From Setoptus koraiensis (Eukaryota; Animalia; Arthropoda): a stretch of 64,000 bases of DNA. Positions within the stretch are counted from its first letter, which is position 1. Every line of letters begins with the position of its first letter. The position numbers and the translations under genes were made by a program. The DNA lies in NCBI GenBank assembly GCA_048013815.1, contig CM106585.1, positions 3,782,001-3,846,000 on the forward strand, given 5' to 3'. Shown piece after piece: positions 34,897-49,885 of this stretch. Below the pieces are notes generated by a model. The model was not told where the DNA came from. It did not search any database and saw only the letters and a list, made by a program, of their open reading frames with translations.

Positions 34897-35446
34897 CTTG
34901 AATGCAAATTTAGATTTACAATGATTCTCAATCGAAACCAATCGATATTGTAGCTCACGTTGACCCTATCAGGATTATTTGCGTTTTTCTGTTCAGTAGT
35001 TATACTAAACCAAGTCCACTTTTGTTATTAAGAGAAACTCATAGGATCAGTAAGGACAGAACCTGAAAATAAACGCATACGGCCATTTGAGCAGCAAAAG
35101 CTTTTGTTAATCTACAAGTGGCCCTACAATCTATTTTTAGTACATAAATCTATTCTTGTGCAGTTGTTACTGCCTGTTAGAGCATCGATTTTCGAAAGTT
35201 GGATGCGAATATAGTCCTGTCAAAAGAGATAAAAATGAGACCAAGAATCGTAACAGCAAGTTTCACGTTGCACAAGAGGAAGGTTGGCTAGCAATAGTTG
35301 GGATATAATTAAATATATTAATTATTTACATAGTACATTGACATGATGATATGTACAATTGTTTTATTTAGTAATAAATTTTACATGAACGCGACGAATA
35401 TCAACCAATGCACTGTATCACAATATTTTATCTTTCTCATCGAATA

Positions 35447-38400
35447 TCAATTATTCAAATCGATGATTATATTTTTGTACACACATTCTCTGTCTGCATC
35501 CTGGTCCCCCGTTGCATCACATTCATTTTGCTCTGGATTTTGATCGTTATCCAAGTTGCTGTTGCTATAGTGTTCGCGAACACAATCTGCATCGCTAATT
35601 TGATCTAAGAAAGTAGATGGGGCTCTCAATATCAGGCCAGCATCGTTGTTGCTGAGCTCGTTGAGTCGTTGCTGACTTCTGGTTTCATATTCATTCATGT
35701 TAGTTGCTAGGTTAGTTCTCAAGCTGGCACTGTTGTTTATAATATTAGACGATCTTGGTTGACCCATTGAGCATGTTTGTCGACTTGTACGATCATCGTC
35801 TGTTTTGCACAACAATAGATGCTCAGATGTGTAAAAAACTTGCTGATTTGAACAACTATTGACATTATTAGACGGCCCTTCATCTGTGATTGATTCACCT
35901 TTATCATTATAATTTAGTCTGGTCATCGATGTTTGATCTGTCGTATGCATAGCACCGTTGTCGTCGCCAGTACCTGTGTAGTGACGACGATAATTTCGAT
36001 GATGGTGATGACGACGATGATGATAGTTTTTGCTTTGCTTGTCACCCGATGAATCTAGAGACAATTGATTGTTGTCATTGTTGGCATTGTCGTTGCCACC
36101 TTGACCACGGACATGTTGCTGAGATTGTTGTTCATTGCCAGTCGCTGTTGTTTCGTAAGCGCTTGCCGGCGACGCTGAACAATGTCTCGACGATTTAGAT
36201 CTACGATGATGATGATCTACTGGAATGTGCTCTACTTCCACTTCCGGTTTTGAAATTAAATTATCGTACACGGTGTTGGCTTTTGTAAAATAATCTTTCT
36301 TTTGACTTTTGGCCCGTGCATTTCTGCCGTGTTCGTGCTGCTGCTGTTGTTGCCGCTGTTTTGAGCATACGTCGTCGTCGTTGTCTTCGTTGTCAACGTA
36401 TCGCTGCTGATCTGACCTTGGGGTCCGTTGCGAACGTTCCGACGATGACAAGCCACTATTTCTGCTGATACTTCTGTGACATTGATTACACTGGGCATTT
36501 CGGCACGCAGATTTATCTGGATTGTGATTGTTGCAGTGACAATGCCGGTGTCTTCGCCTATTCGAAGTGGATCTCTCGCGTCTATCACCTTTGTGTGCGC
36601 TTCTACTTCTTCGAATTGATGATTTCGAATCAGCCAATGGCACCAAGCTAATTGTTGTGGTATTTGGCTGCTTTTTCTCATCTGACTGTTTTGCGGTAGC
36701 CAGCTGATTTGTGGTGCCGGAAGCTTTGTCTTCTGTCACTGGCGAACTGGACGCCACAAGCCGTTCAATTGTCGTCTTTGTTTCTATCTGGCTCTTGCTC
36801 GGTTCTGTCTTCGTGTCATAATTTGCCGATTTGCTATCACAAATGAATAGATTCTGTTCACCGACCGACTGATTATTCTGACTATTTCTCGTGCTAGAGT
36901 CTGATTCTTTTGGCCTCTCAGAGTCATGTCTTGTTGCCTGCGCGTCAATCATATTTGTATCACTGGACGCTTGTTGGCGCAAGCAATCTTGCGAAGCCTC
37001 GATAATAGCCTGAATTATGTTCAATTCGCAGTTCCCATTATCCTGACTAGCTTGCATCGTACGATAGTCTCTTTGGCTGGACTCGATCAAATCCAGCAGT
37101 TTGTCCAGTCGCTCTGGACCAAGTAGATGTTTGAAAACAATCAAAAGTCGCTCATCTCTGTCAGCTTGTTCGCTCGATTGTGTGTTACTAGTCATTTGCC
37201 TGTTTATATTATTCAAATGCTCATTGGATGATGTCTTGATTGGGTTTTGTTGCAGGCTGTGCAATGGTTGTTCCGTCAGATCACTTTGGCTGTAAATAGA
37301 ACCCAAATAAGCTCCTTTGCCCGACGCGTTTCCGCCAGTGTACATTTGCTGGGTGTGTCCAGTAGGTGCATCGAAACGCTGGAAAGAACGCTGACCTACT
37401 GAGAATATATAAAGGATATACAGGGTATGTGATTCGAATCAAAATTTTGTTAGTTATTCATCATATGGGCGACATAATCAATTAATTAATTGGGTCATTC
37501 ACATAAACCGTTTGTCCATATTTTCAAACCAGGATTAATCGCACGGTATCAAACTGCTGTCATCAGTATTTTGCAGCAGTTTGGCCATATATAACAACAT
37601 TATATTGGCCTAGTTTTTATGACGACATGAAGTGCACCTCGGTCATCGTAATGTTTGCTCCGCAACCTTGAACGATCAAACATACGGAGCAGACTGACGA
37701 GGCACCTTGTGTTAGTAGGCACCCACAAATGTAGATGGAAACAACAATTCAGAGTCTTCCGGTTGGCATAGTGATCAGATGTCTTTACTGGTGGCACAAG
37801 CCACCATTTAATCAGTATAGATCGGCTGCGATTGCGCATGAGGCTGGAATATTTTCACCGAGCGACTAGCTCTGTCCATTACAGTGAAAGCACGAACAAA
37901 CTCTACTGAATTGCATGTTGTTGCATTGTTGGCCAGCTCTTGTTCATGTCCAAATGACTCACCTTGAGAGCGCCGGAAATGCGTTTGTCTGTCTAGATTT
38001 TCCGCGTGCCTTATGGCTCGTATGTGCTGCTGAATATTGGACACTCGGTCGATTTGTTTCTTATGCGAAGACTTGCCCAGCAGGCCAAACAAATTCAAGA
38101 ATGACAATCTAGAATAGTGTTGATTGACCACATTGTAGCTGCCCTTCAGTGTTGAGGCCGACGAGGCGGCCCTGAACGAGGACGCCATCTGACGTTGTTG
38201 TTGCTGCTGTCGTTGGTTCATATTTAAATTGTTCAACGAGGCCGCCGATAATTGTCTGGCCGTCGAGTGGTCACCGATCTGTCGTTGATTGAGCATGCCT
38301 GTGTTGTGGTTGTTGCTCATCAATGCCACATAATCCTTTGCTTGATCCATTGAGCTGGTGCAGTTTCTCTGATTTGCCTGATGCCTCAGAGAGAATTTCC

Positions 38401-38533
38401 GCTGTTCGCCGCAATTATTCACCAGTGAATCTAGTGTTGCGCCATTGGTCACCATATTTGATGCCGCTATTGCTAGGTGCCTGTGGTTTGGTGTCGTTTG
38501 GTAATGTTGATACATGCGAAATGGTGGTGTCAA
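35447..38533 (-). CDS. Large low-complexity (Q/N/S/H/R-rich) uncharacterised protein; two long ORFs probably joined by splicing
   Basis: A 632-codon ORF (35447-37345) extends to a good acceptor (ctttccag, exon start 37378). A 241-codon ORF (37808-38533) has a phase-compatible donor (TCG|GTGAAA at 37858). No domain recognised and the 5' end is unresolved. Confidence 0.5.
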
Positions 38534-41500
38534 GTGGACAATATTAGACGACCATTCGAGTTGGATTGGGGCAAAAAGAACGTGTTTCAGAGATTAGTAG
38601 ACAGCAGACGGATCGGATGACGGTTGTAATAATGCGTAGATGGCGCTGCCGTTCGTGTCAAAACAGGTTAATCTGGCCCCATTATTAGCGAGATTTGTTT
38701 GTTGTTGTGACGCTGGCCACATCAACAATAGTGTCGCCGGGCAACAATCACAGCTTATTAGGTTTGTCTGCATGTCTTTGTTGGTCACACTCATACGCAG
38801 CACTGGATGTTTGCAATTTGAAAGCAACGGTATAATGACAGTTGGTCGAGCGTATGCTCGTCGTGCCGAGTGCCAATGGAAGAAGTATAAATAGCAGTGA
38901 TTTAAGAATGCGACCAAAAAGGAATCAGATTTCTTGTTGCGATTATCTGGCAGGACAGATGGACATGCCAGTGGGCCAATGAACGGCGGGCTTAACGATG
39001 AGTTTTCTCTTGTTGTTGTTGTTCTGACGTTATTATTGTGCTGTAATATTATGTAACATCATGTAACAGACTGATTGTTGTACGTGCACCAGACACGTTA
39101 CATGGATATATAATAACAGCAACAGCAACAACAATGACCATGGCAGTGACAATGACGATATGCAAATATATGTCTCTCTACGCCAACCGGCCATCTCTTT
39201 GGCTGGCACACACACACACACACACAAACAAAGCGGGCCAGCCAACGGGCGGATCAGGTAGTCGAGATTTCTAGTCTTTTCGTGTGACGATACCAAGCAA
39301 AGAAGCGACGACAATAGAATGGAGGCCCTGTCATTATGCCCATCACTATCCACGCTTGACAACGCGTCCAACAAAAACAAGACGCTCGCCAAGACGCAAC
39401 AGCAGCAGCAACAACAACAACAACAACAACAACAACATAGTCAGCAATGCCAATCAGCCGGTCATTTCTAATGTAAGCTGGCTGCAAGAAATACAGCTCG
39501 AGCGAGATCCAATTGGCTAGGAAAAGAATGGATATTAATGGTCTGTCGCTACTACTTAAGCTTAACTTGTTTGCTATTATTGTTTATATTATATCATCTC
39601 GTTCAGTAGCATTACAACATTGTCTATTTGTGTGTCTGCGTAATTTATTTATCTCAAGATATCTATCGACAAAGTTGTCGACATTAGTCGTACGCAATAA
39701 ACATGTTTATACGCACTTTATTAGTCACAGCAATACAGATATAACTTGTATTGGACCCATTATGTAACTTAACAGAATAAACAGTTACTAGTTGGTTAAC
39801 AGTAACTAGTAACAATGGCTGCATCATTGGCCAACTAACAAACTTCCACATCAGTCAGTCAAGTTCGAGTACATGGAATTGAATTTAGTGTTCTTACTTA
39901 CAGTGACACTTGACTAACTGGATTTGTGTGTAATGAGTTTTCGACAAGTAGTGATTATCAGCAAGACATGGATAGATTATTCAATCATGATATTGTGCCA
40001 CCCAATAGATTGATTATAGTCTACATGTAGATCGAATTGTGATGATCCTATATTGTAATTGTACAGGCGAGTCTATCAGAAACTGGCAGCGACGCTGAGA
40101 GATCAAGAAAACCGACTTGCTTGTCAACTATCGAAAGCTGATACACCGCTATAAGAGAAAAAGTTGCTGTGACTATCTCAACATCTAGTGTAATGTTGAA
40201 TTTATCTCACAGTCTCACTTGGCCTCTGGCAGATCGCATACGAAATAACGAGAGGCTGAAATATTCCTTCTCATATTTATATCGAAAAACCCTGAGACAG
40301 AAGCGTGGCATGAAAGGCATCCAGTCTCTAATTGGTGATGCTGGCCAGGATATCATCACTCAAATTGACAAATTGAGACAACAAGCCTATTTCCAAATGA
40401 GCTTGATCGATAGAGCTCACCGAGTTGAAGATGGTCATGCAGGGAAAAATTATGCGAAAAGAGAGAGAGAGAGAAAGACCAAGAAAATAATTCAATAGCT
40501 GGGAAAACTATAGAGGAGCCTAAAGAATCAAGGGCTTGATCGATATTCATCACTGGGGCCAGCAGAATGGGTGGTTATTCTTGCTTTAATTGGTAGAAAT
40601 CACGCGAGAACCTGGCCTTCCTTGGGATGAATGATTTGGTTTTCAGTGAAAAATCGGTAGATACGATTATGAAACATAGTGTTCAGTTGACTCACTGGAG
40701 CTTAAACTGAAGCTTACAGTTTACAACCGAGCAGCACTCACAGACATCAAAATCAAACTGTCTGATATCATAATTGATAATTCAAGTGCAAGTTTTGCGA
40801 TCTGCAAACACTATCTGTCGCGAAAAATCACTTGTCCATTGCGGGAAGTCTCTCAAATCTATCATATGCTTATTCGAAGTGAGGGCAATAAATTTCGGTA
40901 GAAACAAGAAAAAGCCGCTAAATCATTTAGCCTAATTGAGGTATTTTGGTGGGAACAAATGTCTCAAACGACTCATTAATGTATGGATGGCTCAAATACG
41001 CATTTTCACAGTTTTCACCCGGCTAGGGATAAATCGGTAAATAACTGATTCAGTTGGCTCGATCTATCATAATAAAGTCGTCATTTAGTATTGTCGTTGT
41101 ATCGACCATTCGTTGTTGCGAACATTTCCTAAATAAGTTTATTGTTCAGTATATTCGTTGTTGAGAGCTGACTGTTGCTGCAATCGATTCGGTGGGAATA
41201 TTTCGTTTCTACAAACATTCGGTGTTGCGGCAGTGAATCTCATTTTATCAATGGAATAAAGGCCAATTAAATACCATTCGGTCATTTTGTCCTAAATGAT
41301 TGAAGGACGCCCTTTATTTGCCTTTGACTTCTTCCATTATAAATATCTTGATCAGCTAAGACCTCGACGCAGATGACGAAGGGATGATGAGGACACGAAT
41401 TTAATTGAAATTCTCAGGATCCCTTTCTCTGGTCAGGTTCGGACCTCTAGAGCCAAACCACTCCGAAATCATGGCCGTTCCACAACCATTCATTAATGGC

Positions 41501-44500
41501 ACACGAACGATCAGAATGTCTCTTGAGCTAGTCCGGAGCATTTTATTTACGTAATCCTCAAGCGGCCAACCGCGGGACTCAACCCCGGTGGAGATTAAGT
41601 ACCTTGCCATATCCAACGTCAGGATAGGTCGAAAGAGAGGGCCCCAAAATTTCAAAGGCTCTACTATTCTTCAGAGGACCTAGTGTGTCCATCATACTCA
41701 TCGCTGGTGACAATCGCAGAAGCCATGTAGCTTTGAAATGAACAGAGGAATTTTCACACAGAGAATCGGGCGATGAAAGTCATGACTTATGACGTGACCG
41801 GATCATGGGAATATTATAAATATACCAAAGAAAAAACAATTAACAAGCACCCAAATATTGCCAAATAAACTCTTTTTAGGCCAGCTAGAATTGACATGAG
41901 CCAAATGGATCAATGATGAAATTGAAACTGAAAAAACTGCTGCTCTAGTCAACCGATCGGAATATTTGGCCCAGATAATCAGCTATTTATTCTCAGCGAT
42001 CAAGCTAGATGGGCTTGAATGGGTTTGGGATCCCGAATCTACGTGATGCATGAAGAGCGGAGGCTCTACTTAATAAAGTCTAATTAATGCCATACGCAAC
42101 TTGACATTAAGCTGAACTATCCGATCATTAATTTTCCTTTGATGCACCTCGTTGTCAGCTCTTTGTCGCGAGCATCGAGGCCCATGCAAACTAGCTAGCG
42201 TTTCGTGGAAAGTCATGCTACTTTGCCAGCCAGACCGAGAGTGATTGTGGCGATGACGTCAATAGAATGGGAGCGCACGTCACTCAGCCATGTTAAATTT
42301 GTTAATTTAATAAAATATAATCAAGTGTGAAATCGCTCATCGTTTTTTCTGCTCGCCCAGGCCGCATCGACGTTGTGAAAGGGGTTTTGTGTATCGCTTG
42401 TGTTTTGTTGAAGATGTCATGCGGACAGGCACGTTTATACCGGTATAAGAATAACAACTGCGATTAATTCACTTCCTGTTTGTTTGAACAGCAGCCAAAA
42501 GTCACAAAACAATTTGTCAAACAGTTTCAACGCTTAGACGAAAAAGATATTTGTCCGGCAGCAAATCTTGTTTCTTGGCAAATCTCATCACCTGATCACA
42601 AGAAGCGATCAAGGTGGCTGGCCAAGAGCAGATAAGAAACGAAACGAAAGGAAAGGAACTCCATCTCTTGGTTGTTATCGTGAACATGATAGTGGTGCGA
42701 ATGAGACAAACGACGACGTGACCAACTTAAATAACCTGAATAACTCGAAGCACAAACACATTTCCTGGGGCCCGACAGTGTGGCCAGCTAAGCTATAGCT
42801 CTATGGCACTATGGCCAGCTAAAGTGTAACTGTAAATGTGATGTAACTACTCACACTATCGTAACGGTAGTGATGTGTGTTTGTTGCGCAAATGTGTGTG
42901 ACAAATAGCCAATTTAATGATGTTATGATCCAGTTACGTAACACACATTGCGCCATTGTCAAAGCCATTAGCAAATGTGTGTAACATTTTCAAATGAATC
43001 GAAGGCAACGTAACGCAACTCGCCATCAGCTCACTCTAGATAGTAAGTATAGACTATAGTGGCGGTTGCAGGTAAATGTAAAGGTCTATTGGTAGATGGA
43101 ATAGATTTGAGTAGCAAGATAGAGAGAGAGCCAGACAAGGGCAAAGGATATTAAATGTTAATTTTGCAGCGCGCCGTAAATTTAATTTTGACAACAAACT
43201 GCCAACAGACACGAGCCAGCCACTCTTCTCTGAGTTATTCCATCTAGATAGAGGCTCTTTGGGGCTCTCTTCGGGCACTTTCTTTTCTTTCGGCCCCTCG
43301 ATCCCTGGCTGGCCTCACTCGCCAATCACTCAAGTAGTAGTCTGGTTGGTCGAGATTCTGCTTATGCTATTCTTAGCCAGTCAGCCAGTCAGCTATTCAC
43401 TTGCTTTTAAATAATGTGTCTCATATCCATGCCCCTTTATTTGCAATGCGTCTCTCTCTCACTCTCTCTTCCTCGGATGATGTGGGCCTCTCTTCACTTG
43501 ATTGTGGCCAAGTACACTCAGGTACTCAAGCAAGAGATGACAATGGCAATGGCAACAACAACAACGCCAACAACAGCAACAACAACAACAGCAGCAGCAG
43601 CAACACCAACAACAACACCAACAAAAGTGGCATCCTTTTATCCGCTGCTTACATCCATAGAGCACCGGCATCATTTCGGTGGAAACGTTGCATTTGCATT
43701 GTGTGCAGCTTGGCAACATTGCAGATTTTTTGCTGTTGGCATCTTCTTTTTCGTACTTGCTATTTTGCAATGTTGCAATGTTGCAATAGGCGACCCAAAG
43801 TAGAAAATAGTCGCCGAGTGTGAGCCAATTTAAACTGGCTGGCACAGATCTTTTACTCAATTCAAATTGATTGGACACACTAGGCACTACATAACGAGAT
43901 ATAAAAAGATCAGCGCCAGTTTGATCTACTTTTCATCACTGATACCAGCCATTCGGATAGCTAACCATCCAGTTAGCCGGGCGGCCGGGCAGCCAGCGGC
44001 AGTGTAGTGATTGTCGCCAGCATTGTTGTTGGCGCTGCTGCTGTTGTAGTGGAAAAATTCAATTACACTTCGATTCTGGCGCCTCTCTCTCTCTCTCAAG
44101 AACGTGTTGCCAGCAACTCGCGCGCACACTATTGGACAATAGTTATGTAACTCTTCAATAGTGGGCTCGAAAACTTGATACGATGATCCAGTTACGTTGC
44201 TACAGAGATAGACAACAGCAACAATTCAAATCTGAATTCAAATTTAAATTCAAATGATCTTAAACTTCATCTACTCGCGCGGCTGCCGATGCGACAACAA
44301 TCTCTCTTATCTATCCATTGCATCACTCATTCATTCGCTGACTGGCCGGCCAGCCAGTGAGAGAAAATCTGGCTAGTTTAGTGAGCCAAACGGGCTGCCA
44401 GCTGGTCACAAGTTTGTCACAAGTTATATAAGCTCGTGTATTTGTGCACAAATGACAGCAACAAATCTGGCTAGCTGGCTGGCTGGCTCTCAAACGTCAG

Positions 44501-46910
44501 CCAGCCAGATTTGGGCCGCTAGCCGGCTGCAGATTAAACGGGGCGAAAGTGATCGAGATGCTCCCTTTTCATGACGCCCCCTCCCCCGCGCACCCATCTC
44601 GCGCCGTGCAGTCTAACCAAACAGCTGACGCACTGACAGATGATGGGCCCAGATGAGAGGGGGCCACGCAGCCAGAGATTACGTATGCAGAGAGAGAGAG
44701 AGACATGGATGTACTTATAGATTGTTATTGTCATCATTAACATTATTGTGTCGCAAGTGTAACCAATGGCGCAGAAGTTAATGAAAACAATAAGCATATT
44801 GCAATGGTATATTTGCACAACATTGACAGTGTCGGTCGTTAAATAGTGCGCCTACATGCATAACTGTTTTTATAATAAACATAATAATGATAATAATAAT
44901 AGTAATAATAAATGATTACCATGCTCGTCATTGCATAAGAAACTTGTTTCCATTGTTTCAGCCACTGTTCAGGGCGCCCTTCGACTGCCGCCACTGGGCT
45001 TAAAGAGAATGGCATTTCCGTTTTATCACAGATAAATCGCCGCTGTGTGTGTGTGTGTGTGTGTTTGCACATGCGACATGAGAAAAACTGCTCATTCGCC
45101 ATTCCAATTTCAATTTATGCCCCTTCGCTGGCCTCACTTTCACTTTCTGACAGCGCAACTGACGCGCTGTGCAGGCCGTAGATGAAACTCGTGCACAATT
45201 ACATAACTTATATAATTGCTATATGACTCACATAGCACAAGTAGCAGCGTTTGAGAGAGCGAGCCAACCAGCCAGAGAGAAAGATGTATTGTCGTGATCG
45301 AGATTTGGCAACTAGATAAAATAATAAATAATTTATTGTTGCTCTAACACACACACTGACTGTGAACTAGGCTGGGGCCAATGTGACGTAATCTCGCCAG
45401 TTGCGATCAACGTCACACTCGCAAGCTGCACGGTCCAGCCAGCGAGCGTTTCTATAAATGATATCACAGTGACTTGACCCAAAACACGAATCAATGCAGC
45501 TGGCATCAATTCTTTGTGCCCATTGTCAATTGACAAAACTTCACTTAAACCAAATTAGAGGGCCAAAAGAGAACGCTGTGCACGCATTGCTAGTTAATTT
45601 TCGCCCCATTCGCTCTGAAAAAAGTTCACATTTCGGCCACTGTCTCAAGTGGTAGCTCGTGTCACGACGGCATTGGGGCACAAGCACAGAATAAAAAAAA
45701 CACTGGCCCCATATTGATTTTGGACGCGCCTTAGCGAGCCGTTTGCGAGAACTACTGACCACTGGCAATAACATCATCACAATATCGGCGCCTCAATAGT
45801 TGCTGGCAACAGACCCAATCGGAATTGATTTCGGCGCCGCTCACAGTGAACGGAATCGCCGCGAATCGCTAAGAAATAAACTCTACACAACACTGACAAC
45901 ATTTCAGAACATTTCCGAACACTTCGCCCCATTTTTTGCCCCCTTTTCTGGCAGCCCTTTTTTGGCTGCTCCTTTTTTTTTCACATCACACACTATCTGG
46001 TCTGTCTATCTATACGTCTGTTTTATTGATGATGCACAGATTCGGCACAGATATGATGAGACTGAGCGATCTGGCCAGACTTTGGCCAGTGTGTGTAGCC
46101 GCTATTATTTACTCAACATACTCACTCACCGTAATATCAATATACCAAGGCGAATCAGCATCGCGCAACAACAACAGCAACACCAGATGGTGCAATGAAG
46201 GGCCCCAACCTTGTGCGGTCGTTGCGCTGTGATGAGCTATTAACTGAGCGTGTTGCATCACTTTCAGCTGGCTCATTCTGGCTAGCTCAATCAAATTGGC
46301 TGAGCCTCAGGAAATGAGGGGGGAGGGGGCAAGTCGTTGCGCAATTCAATTGTAACCGATATCAAAGGTTGGCCTGCAAAGATCTGTCTGTGTATATCGG
46401 CAGTGGCTGGCGTGTGAGTGTGTAGCAACACAAACTTGCTCTAAAAATCCCATCTGGTCATGAAATTTTCCCATCGCCAGCACTACAAATTTCCGCACAG
46501 TTCAACCTCTTTTTTTGCGATTATCCACTCATCATCATCATCATCTCCAATGCGAAGCTATGAGCGAGCTTGGCGAAAAAGAATTACTGGAAACGTCGAT
46601 CGAAAATACGTTCCAGTAGCTTTATTCAGAGCCGACTCTACAGACACCAGACTATGTCTGGTTGTCTGTGCGAATGGCATGATGTGAGAACATTTTTCGG
46701 CTGAAAAATCAAAATCATCATGGACAAAATTTACATTTCTCCGAAACTACAAACACTTTTATACACTTTCAACACTTTATTACACTTTTCCGAAATCGCT
46801 CGGATCGAGGCAATCAAATTTCAGGGCACGCTATACCGGATCAACTATTTTCCGAAATATCCAGGGCATGTAGAATAGAAACTTTGTATCGAATTGAGAT
46901 TCTTCTCTCC

Positions 46911-47100
46911 ACTTTCGGACGCTTTCGGACACTTTCGGGCGTTTTCGGACACTTTCGGGCGTTTTCGGACACTTTCGGACGCTTTCGGACACTTTCGGGC
47001 GTTTTCGGACACTTTCGGGCGTTTTCGGACACTTTCGGGCGTTTTCGGACACTTTCGGACGTTTTCGGACACTTTCGGATATTTTCGGACACTTTCGGAT
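46911..47100. repeat. 10-bp minisatellite (ACTTTCGGAC / GTTTTCGGAC / ACTTTCGGGC variants), 19 units with 20-bp higher-order pattern
   Basis: Direct reading. It produces the repetitive ORFs at 46831-47240. Confidence 0.95.
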
Positions 47101-49885
47101 GCCAGCTTATGCCGTAACGCAAGGTACTTGCTCTGATTTCGGCCGGGGGCCACTAGAAGGCGCACCTGTTTGGGAAACAACTTGCCGGTGATTGTTGGTG
47201 GTGGCGGTGGTGGTAAGTACAAGCGCGCGCTCTTTTTCAATTGTACAATAATGAGACTAATAAGGGTCTAATGAGGTTTGAATGGCTAGGTCAATTGTTT
47301 GAGCGAGCGAGCGAAACATTGACGAGCTTGGCTGCCGCCTCTTTCATTGTTGGATGTTCGTTATCCGTTATTCGTTATTCGCTGCTCCTTATTAGTTGTT
47401 GGTTAGTTGCTATTCGCGTCCGGTCGTCTCGGCAAGATTCACACATTGCATCGCACAAATAGCGAGCAGCTTACACACATACACACAATAGAGGCGCCCT
47501 CACATAATAGCTTGCGATCGTTAGACCGGTTCCAACTGATTTATTAACGCAACTTGAGCTTAATAAAAGCAGCTTATAGATGGCTGCTATCTCTTTAATA
47601 CTTTGAACAATCTGGCGATCGAGTGCGCGCCTTTATGGCGCTATCGCTGCTGCTATAACGTACACAAATACGAATAGTAGATAGGAAATAGTGCGAGAGA
47701 CGGCCCCAATTGTGTGCAAATTCTTAGCCGAGGAGAAGGAAGCTCTACATGTGTGGGCGCGATTCGAAGCGCAGATGGCGCTGGTCTAGTGACGAGAAAT
47801 ATATTGACGATATTAGCATATTGGCATTTTCATATCCATAACATCAATTTGTTTTGTTCTCGTGTCGCCCATAGAGGGCAGCTCCCATAGGGCTCTCTAT
47901 GGCCCATAGACTATGGGCCATGGGCGCTCGTTACGTAACGGCCCTAACAATGCCAGCAGTGGCAGTGGCCACTAACTGAATTGAGGCCTGTATTTGTATT
48001 GCGCAACTCGCATAAAGTTTACTGACCATAATCATAATAATCATTGATCACACAACTGCAACAACACGCGCTCACTCGCAAGCTGGCCAAGCCGGACTGG
48101 CGCTAGATGATCTGATTGGGTCTTTGTTGTTGCTATTCTGTCTGGTGTCTATCTCGTCGTGATACCAACAACAACGTCGCGCAATTGATTTGGATTTTGC
48201 ACTTGTTTCAATGGGGCTGCAAAACGCACAATTTGAGACGCGTGCATGCTTGAGTAACGCGTATCATAAAGAGAGATAGAGAGAGAGAGAGAGACAGCAA
48301 ACAAAAACAACAACAAAACATCGCCCCTCGGAAATTGATATGTGCAGTTGTCTGGCCGGCCCGGCCCCAAACATAATACGCATGAGAAGCGGCCAGACTG
48401 GCACAACAATAAACGGCCACTGGCCACTGGCCAAATCTAATCCAAACAGTTCATCTTGAATCACTGCAAATACGATGAGTGGTCAGTCTGGCCGAGCAGC
48501 GGCAGTATGTATAAATATATAAATAAACGGACAATATGGATGGCGCAGATAATGTTGAAAATGATGCTGCAGAGCTCTCATTCCGCATCACCCGCAAGTT
48601 TCAAATTTCAAATTTTAATAAAGCATCGCGTAAATATTTATGGGCGCCCATTTTTCAATGTCGATCACAAGCGGCGGCTATCATTAGGCGGTGACCGCCG
48701 TTTCCAGTAACTGAATAGCACGCTGCTGGCCGTCGGTTGAAATAAATAGTGTTGAAAAATCGAACCGAGCCGAGCGGAATTTTCGCGAGTTTCCGAAGCT
48801 CAAGTCGAAAAATAACTAAGCCGCCGCTGACAATTGCCGCTGCCGCCATGGTTGCAAGCGGCCAGCCAGTGGCCAAGATATAACTGGCCCAGTTTCAATT
48901 GGCCAGTTCCAAGTGGCTGCAAGTGAGCGGGCCAGTCAGAGACAAACAACCGATAGTTAGTGGCGTGGGTGCGCTTATAAACAGTGTACACGATGTTTTA
49001 ATCAGTAATTAGGTCGCTTGATCGATATACTGACCAATGGGCGCTCGATAAGTGATGGAGATAGGCAGAAAAAAAACAAACAGACAAACAAACAAACGGG
49101 CCAACGGGCAGCGAGTATCTATATCTCGTGATTGATGCGTATTGATCGTAACGTAGTTTCGGCCGGTTATTTGGTCCATGGTTGCATGGCTGCTCCAAAT
49201 TGATCCATCGGTCTATTAGCTCACAATGTTGAGTTCATGTTCTCGCTGTGTCCATGCTCATGCTAACGAGCTGCCAGTGTCGTCGTTGTTGCCGCCAGTT
49301 GGTAAACAGTTGGTCGGACAGTGCAATTTAGACATAGCTGAGCAATCATCTCTTGACTCGAGTCTCGATAGCAGCTCAATAGTGCGGCTACAACCGCCAC
49401 TTCCGGTTGCTTAAATTGATTGGTTGTGTGCGCGCATTGTTAGTCTGCCTGCAATTGCAACTGTTGGCTTGTTGCGGCCGAACTGGGGCCAAACACCCAC
49501 TTGACACACGCACACACACACAGGGGATAAAACCAGATAAAGGGGCGCGTTGTGGCCAGAATAAACCGGGCCGAAAAAAGGTTTATTTGTAAGTTTGTTA
49601 TTGGTTTGGGGCCGGCCGATTAATAATTCCAGTTCAGCGGCGAACTCACATAGCTGGACAAATGGAGGCGCGTGGCAGTTCGGATCGAGCCGAAGCTATG
49701 CAACTACTTTTGTGGCAAAACCGAGGCCCGACCGGCCATCCAGAAACTATATCAATATCGGTGCCAATTCAATATGAGTCTGCGTAAATCTGTAGTCACA
49801 ATGTTGTTGTTGTTGTTGTTGTTGTTGTCGCACTGTCCGACAAGCTCGTGTCAACCTGGTGCAATTGCGTCACACCACCACACTA

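Noticed and set aside
40169-41740. Short ORFs (40169-40498 +, 41401-41655 -) in AT-rich DNA that might be TE or viral relics
   Set aside because: No recognisable motif, so a call cannot be supported without a database search.
43401-43887. Poly-N/T/C ORFs
   Set aside because: They are products of a CAA/CAG microsatellite with no splice or homology support.
46831-47240. Repetitive ORFs (SENARKCPKTPESVRKRPKV)n
   Set aside because: These are translations of a 10-bp minisatellite, open in several frames on both strands, with no splice or homology support.
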